Source: Lysobacterales bacterium
Lineage (GTDB): Bacteria; Pseudomonadota; Gammaproteobacteria; Xanthomonadales; SZUA-36
DNA: 59,667 nt
Reading direction: 5' to 3'
Assembly (NCBI GenBank): GCA_036447475.1
Contig: JAZFUZ010000221.1
Span: 1-59,667, forward strand
In this document: piece after piece, positions 8,654 to 18,215 of the stretch
How positions within the stretch are numbered: position 1 is the stretch's first letter
Layout of the letters: each line of letters begins with the position of its first letter
Translations under genes and position numbers: made by a program
Notes under the pieces: generated by a model
The model's input: the letters and a program-made list of their open reading frames with translations, nothing else
Told to the model about the DNA's origin: nothing
The model's database searches: none

Positions 8654-10066
8654 TCATCCTTTAATACCGCCTTTGGTCAGCTCCATAGGATCCAGCAGGC
8701 GGTCCAGTTCCTCTACCGACAGCTCAGTCATATCCCGCGCCACATCCTTGATTGGCCTGCCCTCTTTATAAGCCTGCTTGGCGATTGCCGCACCCCGTTC
8801 GTAACCGATGACGGGGTTGAGCGCCGTCACCAGAATCGGGTTCCGTTCCAGCGCCTTGCGAAGGTTATCTGCACAGACGATAAATCCGCTGATGGCAGTG
8901 TCTGCCAGTAAGGTGCAAACGTTCGATAAAATCTCCAGGCTCTGCAAAAGGTTCAGCGCAACCACCGGCAGCATCACGTTGAGCTGGAACAGGCCGGACT
9001 GGCCGGCTACCGTGATCGTTGTGTCGTTACCAATCACCTGGGCGCAGACCATACACACTGCTTCGGGGATCACCGGATTGACCTTACCGGGCATGATGGA
9101 AGAACCGGGCTGCAGAGCCGGTAATGTGATTTCACCGATGCCAGCCAACGGCCCGGAATTCATCAGTCTCAGGTCATTGGCAATCTTCATCAGGCTGCAG
9201 GCCAGGGTCTTGAGCTGACCCGACAGTTCGACCGAGGCATCCTGTGAACTGATGCCTTCAAAATAATTGTCGGAAACTTTGAATTTGACACCGGTTGCCT
9301 GTTGCAGAGCCGCTGCCATACGGGGGCCAAATTCAGGATGTGCATTAATACCGGTACCTACCGCTGTTCCACCCTGTGGCAGGCGGCGCATGCGTTTCAG
9401 TGCGCTTTTGATGCGTTTGATATTGGAACGGATTTGCTGTGACCAGCATCCCAACTCCTGGCCAAAAGTGATCGGCATTGCGTCCATCAGGTGCGTGCGC
9501 CCTGTCTTCGCAACAGTGTGAAGTTCTTCGGCCTTGATATCCAGCGTTTCCGCCAGGTGCAACAACGAAGGTATTAATTTCCCGGAAGCCACCAGCGCGG
9601 CGCTGACCTGGATCGCAGTGGGAATAACGTCATTCGAGCTTTGTCCCATATTAACGTGATCGTTGGGATGGATCGCCAGTTCATTGCCCTGGTTGGCCAG
9701 GTGTGCAATGACCTCGTTGGCATTCATATTGGATGAAGTACCCGAACCGGTCTGAAACACGTCGATGGGGAAATGCTCATCGGCCTCCCCCGTTTCAACT
9801 TTGCCTGCAGCGGCCCTGATAGCCGCCGCTTTTTCTTCATCCAGGAAACCCATGTCCTGGTTTACCTGTGCTGCCGCCGCCTTGATCAGGCCCAGGGCGC
9901 GAATGAATTCTCGCGGCATCGGCATCCCGCTGATGGGAAAATTCTGGACAGCACGCTGGGTCTGGGCGCCCCAAAGCGCGTCCGCGGGAACCTGCAACTG
10001 GCCCATGCTGTCGTGTTCTGTTCTGTATTCGCTCATCACCAAATGCTCCGCAAGGTCAGGATTCAA
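8654..10066 (-). CDS. fumC: Class II fumarate hydratase
   Basis: 470 aa with the fumarate-lyase signature 'GSSIMPGKVNP', plus 'SSNDVIPTA' and 'TGRTHLMDAMP'. Confidence 0.95.
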   Translation of the reverse strand: MNPDLAEHLVMSEYRTEHDSMGQLQVPADALWGAQTQRAVQNFPISGMPMPREFIRALGLIKAAAAQVNQDMGFLDEEKAAAIRAAAGKVETGEADEHFPIDVFQTGSGTSSNMNANEVIAHLANQGNELAIHPNDHVNMGQSSNDVIPTAIQVSAALVASGKLIPSLLHLAETLDIKAEELHTVAKTGRTHLMDAMPITFGQELGCWSQQIRSNIKRIKSALKRMRRLPQGGTAVGTGINAHPEFGPRMAAALQQATGVKFKVSDNYFEGISSQDASVELSGQLKTLACSLMKIANDLRLMNSGPLAGIGEITLPALQPGSSIMPGKVNPVIPEAVCMVCAQVIGNDTTITVAGQSGLFQLNVMLPVVALNLLQSLEILSNVCTLLADTAISGFIVCADNLRKALERNPILVTALNPVIGYERGAAIAKQAYKEGRPIKDVARDMTELSVEELDRLLDPMELTKGGIKG

Positions 10067-10104
10067 ATCTGCCTGGGATTATAAAGGAATCCTTAAATCT
10101 GAAC

Positions 10105-11591
<1,487 letters not shown>

Positions 11592-11599
11592 CCGAAGAT

Positions 11600-11625
11600 G
11601 GGGTCAGGTTCTGGAACCTGACCCC
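11600..11625. terminator. Perfect GC-rich hairpin between convergent genes (bidirectional terminator or short REP)
   Basis: GGGGTCAGGTTC-TG-GAACCTGACCCC forms 12-bp complementary arms. It lies 8 nt after the purB stop and 37 nt from the stop of the convergent gene. Confidence 0.6.
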
Positions 11626-11662
11626 GTCGACGACCCCGGCCAACTTCTATAAAAGCGTGAGA

Positions 11663-11983
11663 TCAGCCCTCACCTTCGCCCTGATCTTCACCACCGTTGG
11701 CTTCTTCTTCACCATTACCCTCACCACTATCGGCTTCTTCACCACTACCCTCACCACCGCTGGCTTCTTCACCACTACCCTCACCACCGCTGGCTTCTTC
11801 ACCACTGTCCTCGTCGCTCTTGCCTTCTTCGCCCTTGTCACCACTCGCCATTAAATAGCTCTTTTCCAAATCAATTGATTCAAAGGGGCCGTCATCGGCG
11901 ATAGCAATGCTGGAAGTCGCCAGTAATAAACCAAATGCAGCACCCGTCACAACGGCTATGGAACTCATCGTCTTGTTAAGCAT
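11663..11983 (-). CDS. Small secreted acidic Gly/Glu/Ser-repeat protein (unknown function)
   Basis: 106 aa. Signal peptide 'MSSIAVVTGAAFGLLLATSSIAIA|DD', then a low-complexity tail with repeated 'SGGEGSGEEA' units. Of the three overlapping frames, this is the only one with a signal peptide. Confidence 0.55.
   Translation of the reverse strand: MLNKTMSSIAVVTGAAFGLLLATSSIAIADDGPFESIDLEKSYLMASGDKGEEGKSDEDSGEEASGGEGSGEEASGGEGSGEEADSGEGNGEEEANGGEDQGEGEG
11699..11806. repeat. Tandem 30-bp repeat (about 3.5 copies) inside the acidic-protein gene
   Basis: GGCTTCTTCACCACTACCCTCACCACCGCT is identical at 11732-11761 and 11762-11791. A 33-bp degenerate copy sits at 11699-11731 and a partial copy starts at 11792. 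Confidence 0.85.
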
Positions 11984-12347
11984 ATTAAGGAATCTCCACT
12001 ATCTCGAATCGGTTGGGCCGAATTGCCCTGCCAACTTGGCGCCAATATACTCGCCAGATAGTTCTTATTACAATCCAACCGTCGAAGTTTCACTTATTCG
12101 CTTCCCCATTGATCTAAGTCAACTAAACTCCAATCTATGGCAATTTTTTGCCAGAAACACCGTTGTACTTCGGGTCCATGCTGTAATGCAAATTATGCGC
12201 TGACCATGAATCCGTTACTGACGGAAAGACAATGTTGGATCATCCATTTCTAGGGCACCGCCTGGTGCAGGCACTGCTGCTGGCAGTCTTGTTGGTTTTC
12301 AGCAATTCCAGCACGGCGGACATGCAACCGATCCAGATCTGTTTAAA

Positions 12348-12980
12348 ATGAAAAAACGTCACTCAGATCATGAAGGCGCTCAGACCACTGCAGCGGGAGC
12401 AGGGGCCACAGGATTCCTGAGCCGCCGCGCTTTTGTGCTGCAGGGCAGTGCGGCAGTTGCAGCAAGCACCGCACTTTCTGGCTGGCCGCTGGTGCTGGGC
12501 GAAGAGTTAAGCCATGAATCAGAATTTACCGCTTTTTCCGAAAAACAGAAAAAAATACTGGCGGCCGTACAGGAACACTTGTTTCCAAAAGGTCTCGATT
12601 CTCCCGGTGCGCAGGACATTAACGCCCTGCCCTTTCTCCAGTTTGTCATCGCCCAGGTCAGCTTTGATACAGATTCACGCAACTTCATCGTCAACGGCAT
12701 TCAATCGCTGGAAGAAGCGAGCATGGAACACTTTGATGTCAGATTCGAAGAGCTGGATTTTGCCCGCAAAGAACACCTGCTGCGCTACCTGGCTGACCGC
12801 ACACGCTGGGGAAAGAACTGGCTCTCATTAACCCTGTATTACATTTTCGAGGCATTGCTGGCTGACCCGGTATACGGCTGTAACACGAATGGAATCGGCT
12901 GGCAGTGGCTGGAGCACCAACCGGGCTTTCCCCGACCCCCTCCTGACAAGATTTACACCCGTATTGCCTCAAGGCGATAA
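12348..12980 (+). CDS. Tat-signal small subunit of a GMC-type dehydrogenase (gluconate 2-dehydrogenase subunit-3-like)
   Basis: 210 aa with the twin-arginine motif 'SRRAFVLQGSAAVAAS'. Its stop lies 2 nt before the flavoprotein gene. The family assignment comes from size, Tat signal and context. Confidence 0.7.
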   Translation: MKKRHSDHEGAQTTAAGAGATGFLSRRAFVLQGSAAVAASTALSGWPLVLGEELSHESEFTAFSEKQKKILAAVQEHLFPKGLDSPGAQDINALPFLQFVIAQVSFDTDSRNFIVNGIQSLEEASMEHFDVRFEELDFARKEHLLRYLADRTRWGKNWLSLTLYYIFEALLADPVYGCNTNGIGWQWLEHQPGFPRPPPDKIYTRIASRR

Positions 12981-12982
12981 AC

Positions 12983-14683
12983 ATGGATTTTGACGTTTGC
13001 GTGGTAGGCAGTGGCGCCGGGGGTGGACCGGTAGCGCTTGGTCTGACCCGGGCAGGCTATTCCGTCGTCGTTCTCGAAAAGGGGCCCTGGTACACAGAGG
13101 CGGACTTTTTCAAGGATGAATTAGCCTGCTGCCGGCGCAGTGTCTACAGCCCGAACCTGCGGGATGAATTCCACGTCGTCGAGCATAAAAAAGACAATGG
13201 AGTATGGGTTGCGAATCCAAGTCATGGCTCGGGTCAGGATTTTTGGAATGGTGTGTGTGTGGGTGGCTCATCGAATTTCATGAGTGGTTTCTTCCATCGT
13301 CTCAAACCCAAGGATTTCCACTTGCTGTCCGAGTTCGGGCCGATTGAAGGCGCCAATATTGTCGACTGGCCCATCAGTTACACTGATTTGGAACCGTATT
13401 ATGCGCAAGTAGAGCGGGAGGTAGGCGTTTCGGGCCGGGTGGTTGAACATCCGAACCAGGAGCCACGCTCGACCGCAGATTTTCCATTTCCTCCGACCGC
13501 AGAGCATCCGGTTGCACAGTGGTTCGACCAGGAATGTAAGCAACAGGGCCTGCACTCCATTCCCGTGCCGCGCGCCATATTATCGCGCCCGGCAATGAAC
13601 CGGCAGGGCTGTGAGTATTCCGGCTACTGCGGCAGTTTCGGTTGTTCCACCGGCGCCAAGGGCAGCTCGCGAGCAGCTCTTCTGAACCGGGCCGTGGCCA
13701 CGGGTCGTTGCGAAATTCGCGCCCATGCCCAGGTTTACCGCCTGGAAACCGATGCGCATGGCCGGGTTGTGGCGGCCTGTTACTATGACCATCAAAACAA
13801 TGCACAATCGGTTGATGCCAAAATCTTTGTTATTGCCTGCCAGGCCATTGAAACTTCGAGGTTGCTGCTGCTCTCCCCCGGTCAGCGCCATCCTCACGGA
13901 CTGGCCAACAATAATGGACAGGTCGGCAGGAACCTGTTGTTTTCAGCAGGCGGCTCCGGCACCGGAAAATTCCTGTACAGCGATCTCGATCAAGCCCGGG
14001 TCGTGGCGCTCAAAGTTGTCGGACCGTTTATGAACCGCGCCTTGCAGGATTGGTATTTTATAGATGATGAAGATTTGGGGAGGATCAAGGGCGGTACGAT
14101 TGAATTCCTGTTTCGCCACCCCAACCCCATCAGCCAGGCCAACCGGCAAAAGCATTCGACCGGCGGTTTGTTATGGGGTAACCCGTTGAAGAAAAAACTC
14201 AAATCCTACTTTACCCAGGCCCGTTACCTCCGTTTTGAAACGTTCTGCGATTGGCTCCCCAATGATAACTGCCATGTCTCACTGGACCAGGAATCAAAAG
14301 ACCGCTGGGGATCTCCGGTTGCCCACGTAAAAGTCGGCTACCACGAACATGATTTGAAAGTAGGCCGGTTCCTGACCTACAAGGGCCGCCAGATGCTGCA
14401 ATCCATGGGTGCGGACAAAGTGACCTGGGGCCTCAGTGGCACCCCGCCTACGAACCTGATCGCCGGTGGTTGCCGTTTCGGCAGCGACCCGAAACACTCG
14501 GTGCTCAATGCCGATTGCCGGGCGCACGACGTCGAAAATTTATACGTCACCGACGGCAGCTTCATGCCCACCGGCGGAAGTGTCCCTTACACCTGGACGA
14601 TCTACGCCAATGCCTTCCGAGTCGCCGACAAACTCATCAACGAACTGGGCGGAAAACACGCAAAGCCGGGGTCAGGTTCTTGA
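12983..14683 (+). CDS. GMC-family FAD oxidoreductase (large subunit)
   Basis: 566 aa with the FAD fold 'DVCVVGSGAGGGPVALGL' and a GMC C-terminal region 'NLYVTDGSFMPTGGSVPYTWTIYA'. Confidence 0.85.
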   Translation: MDFDVCVVGSGAGGGPVALGLTRAGYSVVVLEKGPWYTEADFFKDELACCRRSVYSPNLRDEFHVVEHKKDNGVWVANPSHGSGQDFWNGVCVGGSSNFMSGFFHRLKPKDFHLLSEFGPIEGANIVDWPISYTDLEPYYAQVEREVGVSGRVVEHPNQEPRSTADFPFPPTAEHPVAQWFDQECKQQGLHSIPVPRAILSRPAMNRQGCEYSGYCGSFGCSTGAKGSSRAALLNRAVATGRCEIRAHAQVYRLETDAHGRVVAACYYDHQNNAQSVDAKIFVIACQAIETSRLLLLSPGQRHPHGLANNNGQVGRNLLFSAGGSGTGKFLYSDLDQARVVALKVVGPFMNRALQDWYFIDDEDLGRIKGGTIEFLFRHPNPISQANRQKHSTGGLLWGNPLKKKLKSYFTQARYLRFETFCDWLPNDNCHVSLDQESKDRWGSPVAHVKVGYHEHDLKVGRFLTYKGRQMLQSMGADKVTWGLSGTPPTNLIAGGCRFGSDPKHSVLNADCRAHDVENLYVTDGSFMPTGGSVPYTWTIYANAFRVADKLINELGGKHAKPGSGS

Positions 14684-14693
14684 ACCTGAGCCC
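14668..14693. repeat. Short REP-like hairpin overlapping the 3' end of the GMC gene
   Basis: GGGGTCAGGTTC-TT-GAACCTGAGCCC is nearly identical to the 11600 hairpin. The GMC stop codon TGA (14681-14683) spans the loop/right-arm junction. It is followed by the direct repeat GACCCCTTTC x2. Confidence 0.55.
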
Positions 14694-14814
14694 TTTCGGC
14701 TGACCCCTTTCGACCCCTTTCGAACGGGCGGAGCGAGCAAAGTTTCGGAAACGCCGAAAAGAATGAACGTTAAACTAAACTGAAACCACTCCGGCCTCCC
14801 GAAAGGATACTGAA

Positions 14815-14980
14815 ATGGCAGAAAAATTTGATGTAGTCGTAATTGGCGGCGTTCCATGCGGGTTCCTTCCCCTTCGCCGCCAACGACCACGCCCTCGCCG
14901 GCGGCCACGGCACCCTGTCCGAAGCCATTCATGAAGCAGCCCTGCACGTTGACAAGAGGGTGATACACCGGGTTAGTTGA
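14815..14980 (+). pseudogene. Collapsed remnant of a dihydrolipoyl dehydrogenase (E3, lpd) gene
   Basis: An AAAGGA RBS and ATG are followed by 'MAEKFDVVVIGGVPCGF' (compare Lpd 'KFDVVVIGGGPGGY'). After a frame change comes 'AANDHALAGGHGTLSEAIHEAALHVDKRVIHRVS*' (compare the Lpd C-terminus 'AEDIA..HAHPTLSEA..EAALAVD.RAIH'). About 400 internal codons are missing. Confidence 0.55.
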
Positions 14981-15046
14981 CTCTGACTCTGATGATTTGG
15001 ATGCTGTGCGCGAAAGATAACAGGACAAATCAGGTTCTTTTTTGTT

Positions 15047-15601
15047 GTGAACAAAGCAATTCCTAATATTCTTGCCGCTTTACTTGCTCTGGTTTCCGCA
15101 AGCCCGGGGATGGCTTTGGACAAGGAGCCCCCATTCGAAAATATCAGCGTTGAATTTGAACTGCTTGACCGGGCCGGCAAGGTAGTTACTGAACTTGATC
15201 TGCGTGGGAGATATGTGTTGCTGGCGTTCGGATTTACCCGTTGCGCCCACATCTGTCCGATAATGGTGGCTAATATGGCCCTGACGCTGAACGTGACGGA
15301 CAAAAAAGCAATGGGTGTGTTCATCAGCGTCGACACGGAACGTGACACACCAGCCATCACACATGCCTATGCATCGGGTTTTCACGAGTCCATGGTGGGG
15401 CTGAGCGGAAGTCATGAGCAGCTGCGCTCAGCAGCCAACAATTTTGGCATCAGTTTTGTCGTGTCCAAGAGCCAGAAAGCCTATACAGTTGAACATACAT
15501 CCGATATTTTCCTGATCAGCCCTGAAGGAAAACTGATTGACGTGTTTGCACTCAATGCCTCACCACTGGAAATCGCCCAGGCCATGAAACACCAGCCATG
15601 A
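15047..15601 (+). CDS. SCO1/SenC-family copper chaperone or thiol-disulfide protein
   Basis: 184 aa with a GTG start. Signal peptide 'ILAALLALVSASPGMA', the CxxxC motif 'FGFTRCAHICP', and a downstream conserved His in 'YTVEHTSDIFLI'. Confidence 0.85.
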   Translation: MNKAIPNILAALLALVSASPGMALDKEPPFENISVEFELLDRAGKVVTELDLRGRYVLLAFGFTRCAHICPIMVANMALTLNVTDKKAMGVFISVDTERDTPAITHAYASGFHESMVGLSGSHEQLRSAANNFGISFVVSKSQKAYTVEHTSDIFLISPEGKLIDVFALNASPLEIAQAMKHQP

Positions 15602-15630
15602 ACCAAACGCCATCGCCATAAGCTGTTGCA

Positions 15631-16992
15631 ATGACCGCAATCGCCAGAATCAATTACACAAAACTCAGCATTGTCGCACTGATCAGCCTGATGATCGCAT
15701 CAGCCTGGCTGATTTTTCCTTACTTGATCCAGGGCAAAGAACTGATGCGAGGCGTCGGCAGCAAAGCAAGACTTATCAAGGGCGGCAATGTCTCTTTATA
15801 CCAAACGCGTTATCTGGTCGAACATGTCGATCTCGAGCTGATGGCAACCTTTGCCACTGCCGAATTCTTCCAGTACGTGGACCGGGCGGCGGTAGTTGGC
15901 AACTTGCGACCGGACCGGAACTTCATTTTCTTCGTCAGCGAAAACATCCACGAGGGCCAGCTGTCCTTCGAGTTGCCGGAAGTTTCATTGCACATGGGAG
16001 ACCGGGTCTATACGCCCGATATTTCCAGCGGCCCAAATCTCGCCGAGCATCACCGCATTACCCTGTACAGTTTTTCGAAAAGGGATGCGGCTGGTGAATT
16101 CATCGACATCAATAATTATGACAACATCAGGCTGCACGTCTCCAACCGCTACCTGGGCAGCACCCAGAAACTCACCTTTGTCGGCGTGTGGGAGGCGCCC
16201 TACGAATTACCCGAAGAACTTGCTTCACGTGCCGACATCACACCCGTTGCGATGATGGCTCTTGGTGCTGGGCTCTTGTCGTCTGTCATTACACCGTGCC
16301 TTTTACAATTAGTCGTGATATTCGGATCTATTATCGGAGCCTTTGCCACGGTTCCTGGTTCAACCAGCGCCGAGACGGCCCAGCTCCGTCCAATCATCCG
16401 CAGAAAGATCATGCTGATTGCACTGGCCTTCGTGGCAGGATTTACAATTTTGTACACGCTGGCAGGCGCCATTATTGGTGCTGTCGGTCATGGCGCTCAA
16501 CTGATATTTGCAGAATACAGCCGCGTTGTAGCCATTGTATCGGGCGTACTGGTTATTCTGATGGGCATCTGGGTCGGGATACGTGGCAGCAGGAATGATG
16601 TTTGTAAAATCCCGGATCGCCAGGCTATGAAATTTCAGAGCGCCCGCGACATGGTGGGTTCGATCCTCGTATCGTCGGGCTATGCCCTGGGATGTACGGC
16701 CTGTTTCGGCGGCGCCATCGTGGCGACCCTGATCATTTACGTCGGCGCCATCGGCAGCGCCACCATTGGTGCGGGGATCATGCTGACATTTTCAATCGGG
16801 GTGGCTATACCGTTCCTGATCTCCGCCTGGTACCTTTCAAGAATGAACAGTGTCTTGTTATTCCTTACTGAAAAAGCCAAAATCATAAGCATCCTGAGCA
16901 TGCTGCTGATTATCATCTTCGGGCTGATCCTGGTCACCGACAACTTCCATGTTGTCAGTGACATGATCTACCCGTTCCTGCGACTCCGTTAA
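15631..16992 (+). CDS. Membrane protein: unknown about 190-aa extracytoplasmic N-domain fused to a DsbD/CcdA-like thiol-disulfide transporter core
   Basis: 453 aa. An N-terminal TM is followed by a soluble region with no motif I recognise, then about 6 TM helices. Membrane-embedded cysteines occur in 'ITPCLLQLVVIF' and 'GCTACFGGAIV', resembling the CcdA/DsbD_2 pattern. Confidence 0.65.
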   Translation: MTAIARINYTKLSIVALISLMIASAWLIFPYLIQGKELMRGVGSKARLIKGGNVSLYQTRYLVEHVDLELMATFATAEFFQYVDRAAVVGNLRPDRNFIFFVSENIHEGQLSFELPEVSLHMGDRVYTPDISSGPNLAEHHRITLYSFSKRDAAGEFIDINNYDNIRLHVSNRYLGSTQKLTFVGVWEAPYELPEELASRADITPVAMMALGAGLLSSVITPCLLQLVVIFGSIIGAFATVPGSTSAETAQLRPIIRRKIMLIALAFVAGFTILYTLAGAIIGAVGHGAQLIFAEYSRVVAIVSGVLVILMGIWVGIRGSRNDVCKIPDRQAMKFQSARDMVGSILVSSGYALGCTACFGGAIVATLIIYVGAIGSATIGAGIMLTFSIGVAIPFLISAWYLSRMNSVLLFLTEKAKIISILSMLLIIIFGLILVTDNFHVVSDMIYPFLRLR

Positions 16993-17004
16993 GCCATACG
17001 CTGC

Positions 17005-18123
17005 ATGAAGAAACCCCTGTTATTGTGGCTGCTGCTCGCCGGCCAGGCTCTCGCCGGTGATGTGTTGGGTGTTGATATCAGCAACCCGCTGAAACTGCTG
17101 GTAGTCGGGGATCGCAGCGACAATATCATCGACGTGATCGATCTTGACAAAGGGAAAGTGGCGTACCGGTTTGAAACGACATTCTTCCCGGACAGGCTGA
17201 TCATTGCACCCTATGCACCCATCCTGATGTATACCAACACCGAGCACAGGCTGGCAGTTTTCTACGACCTTGAGACACGCCGGGAGATCAAAAGAGTTGA
17301 CTTACCGGTTACGCCTCGACACGTCGTGCTGGACACCACCGGGGGTCTGGTCGGGATAAGTGACAGTTTAAGTGGTGGCTTTGTACTGTTGTCAATGTAT
17401 GCGCAACGCGTCGTATTCTCGCTGCCGGATTTTCCACCGACAACGGATGTTCTTTTCGATCCGAATGAAGTCGATATCTATTACAGCAATAGTGCGACGG
17501 GGTCGATCGGCCTGCTCAATACCAATGTTCAAAAGTGGATTGAAATGCCTTTGGCAGAACAGCAGGGGCAGAATCTGTCCTCGCCCAGCCGCAGTCTGGA
17601 TGCGCGTCATATCTACGTCGCCAATGACACAACCGGCGAGGTGTACGGCCTCAACGCTTTTTCGAAAGTCATCTATAAAACTTTCAGGATCGGCTCAAAG
17701 CCGGCACGACCGTATACCACGCCTCAAGGATCCTTCCTCTACCTGATCGACCAGGAATCAGGCCGCGTAGTGTCAATGGAGCAGGGATCGTTCCGGGAAT
17801 ACGCAGACATCCAATTTGCCAAAGGAGTCAATTTGGTAACGGTTGGCCGGTTTGACCGTTTCAATCTGTTTCTCAGCACGGGACACAGCGAGTATTACGT
17901 TTACGACAATTTGAAAAAGCTCGTAGTGACCGAAGGAGTCTTCAGGGGCAAGCCCATTGCAGCACTTGGAGCGGCAGATGGTAAAACAGCGTACATTGCG
18001 TTTACAGATATTCCACAGCTGGCCATGTTCAATCTTGAGAAGCAGGCGATACGCTATTTTGATGCAACGGATAATGGCGCCGGATCATTTGCCATGGGCC
18101 TTTCAAACAATGTCTGTCATTGA
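17005..18123 (+). CDS. Secreted beta-propeller protein (YVTN/YncE-like repeats)
   Basis: 372 aa with signal peptide 'LLLWLLLAGQALAG'. It has recurring strand motifs such as 'RHIYVANDTTGEVYGLN' and 'GSFLYLIDQESGRVVSM'. No catalytic motif was recognised. Confidence 0.6.
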   Translation: MKKPLLLWLLLAGQALAGDVLGVDISNPLKLLVVGDRSDNIIDVIDLDKGKVAYRFETTFFPDRLIIAPYAPILMYTNTEHRLAVFYDLETRREIKRVDLPVTPRHVVLDTTGGLVGISDSLSGGFVLLSMYAQRVVFSLPDFPPTTDVLFDPNEVDIYYSNSATGSIGLLNTNVQKWIEMPLAEQQGQNLSSPSRSLDARHIYVANDTTGEVYGLNAFSKVIYKTFRIGSKPARPYTTPQGSFLYLIDQESGRVVSMEQGSFREYADIQFAKGVNLVTVGRFDRFNLFLSTGHSEYYVYDNLKKLVVTEGVFRGKPIAALGAADGKTAYIAFTDIPQLAMFNLEKQAIRYFDATDNGAGSFAMGLSNNVCH

Positions 18124-18215
18124 TCAGGGCTGGCACACGCCGCTGACTTGGAATGTGAGGCCCCGTTGTCCCGAGCAGGAATTTGATGCAATGCAATGAG
18201 TGAGTCTGGGAAATA

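Noticed and set aside
11647-11854. Two extra 65-aa ORFs (one per strand) over the 30-bp tandem repeat
   Set aside because: They are alternative frames kept open by the repeat periodicity. Only the 106-aa minus-strand frame has a signal peptide and a sensible N-terminal region.
14672-15028. A 118-aa minus-strand ORF in the GMC/SCO1 spacer
   Set aside because: It runs antisense through the REP hairpin and the lpd remnant. The plus strand carries the recognisable Lpd N- and C-terminal blocks.
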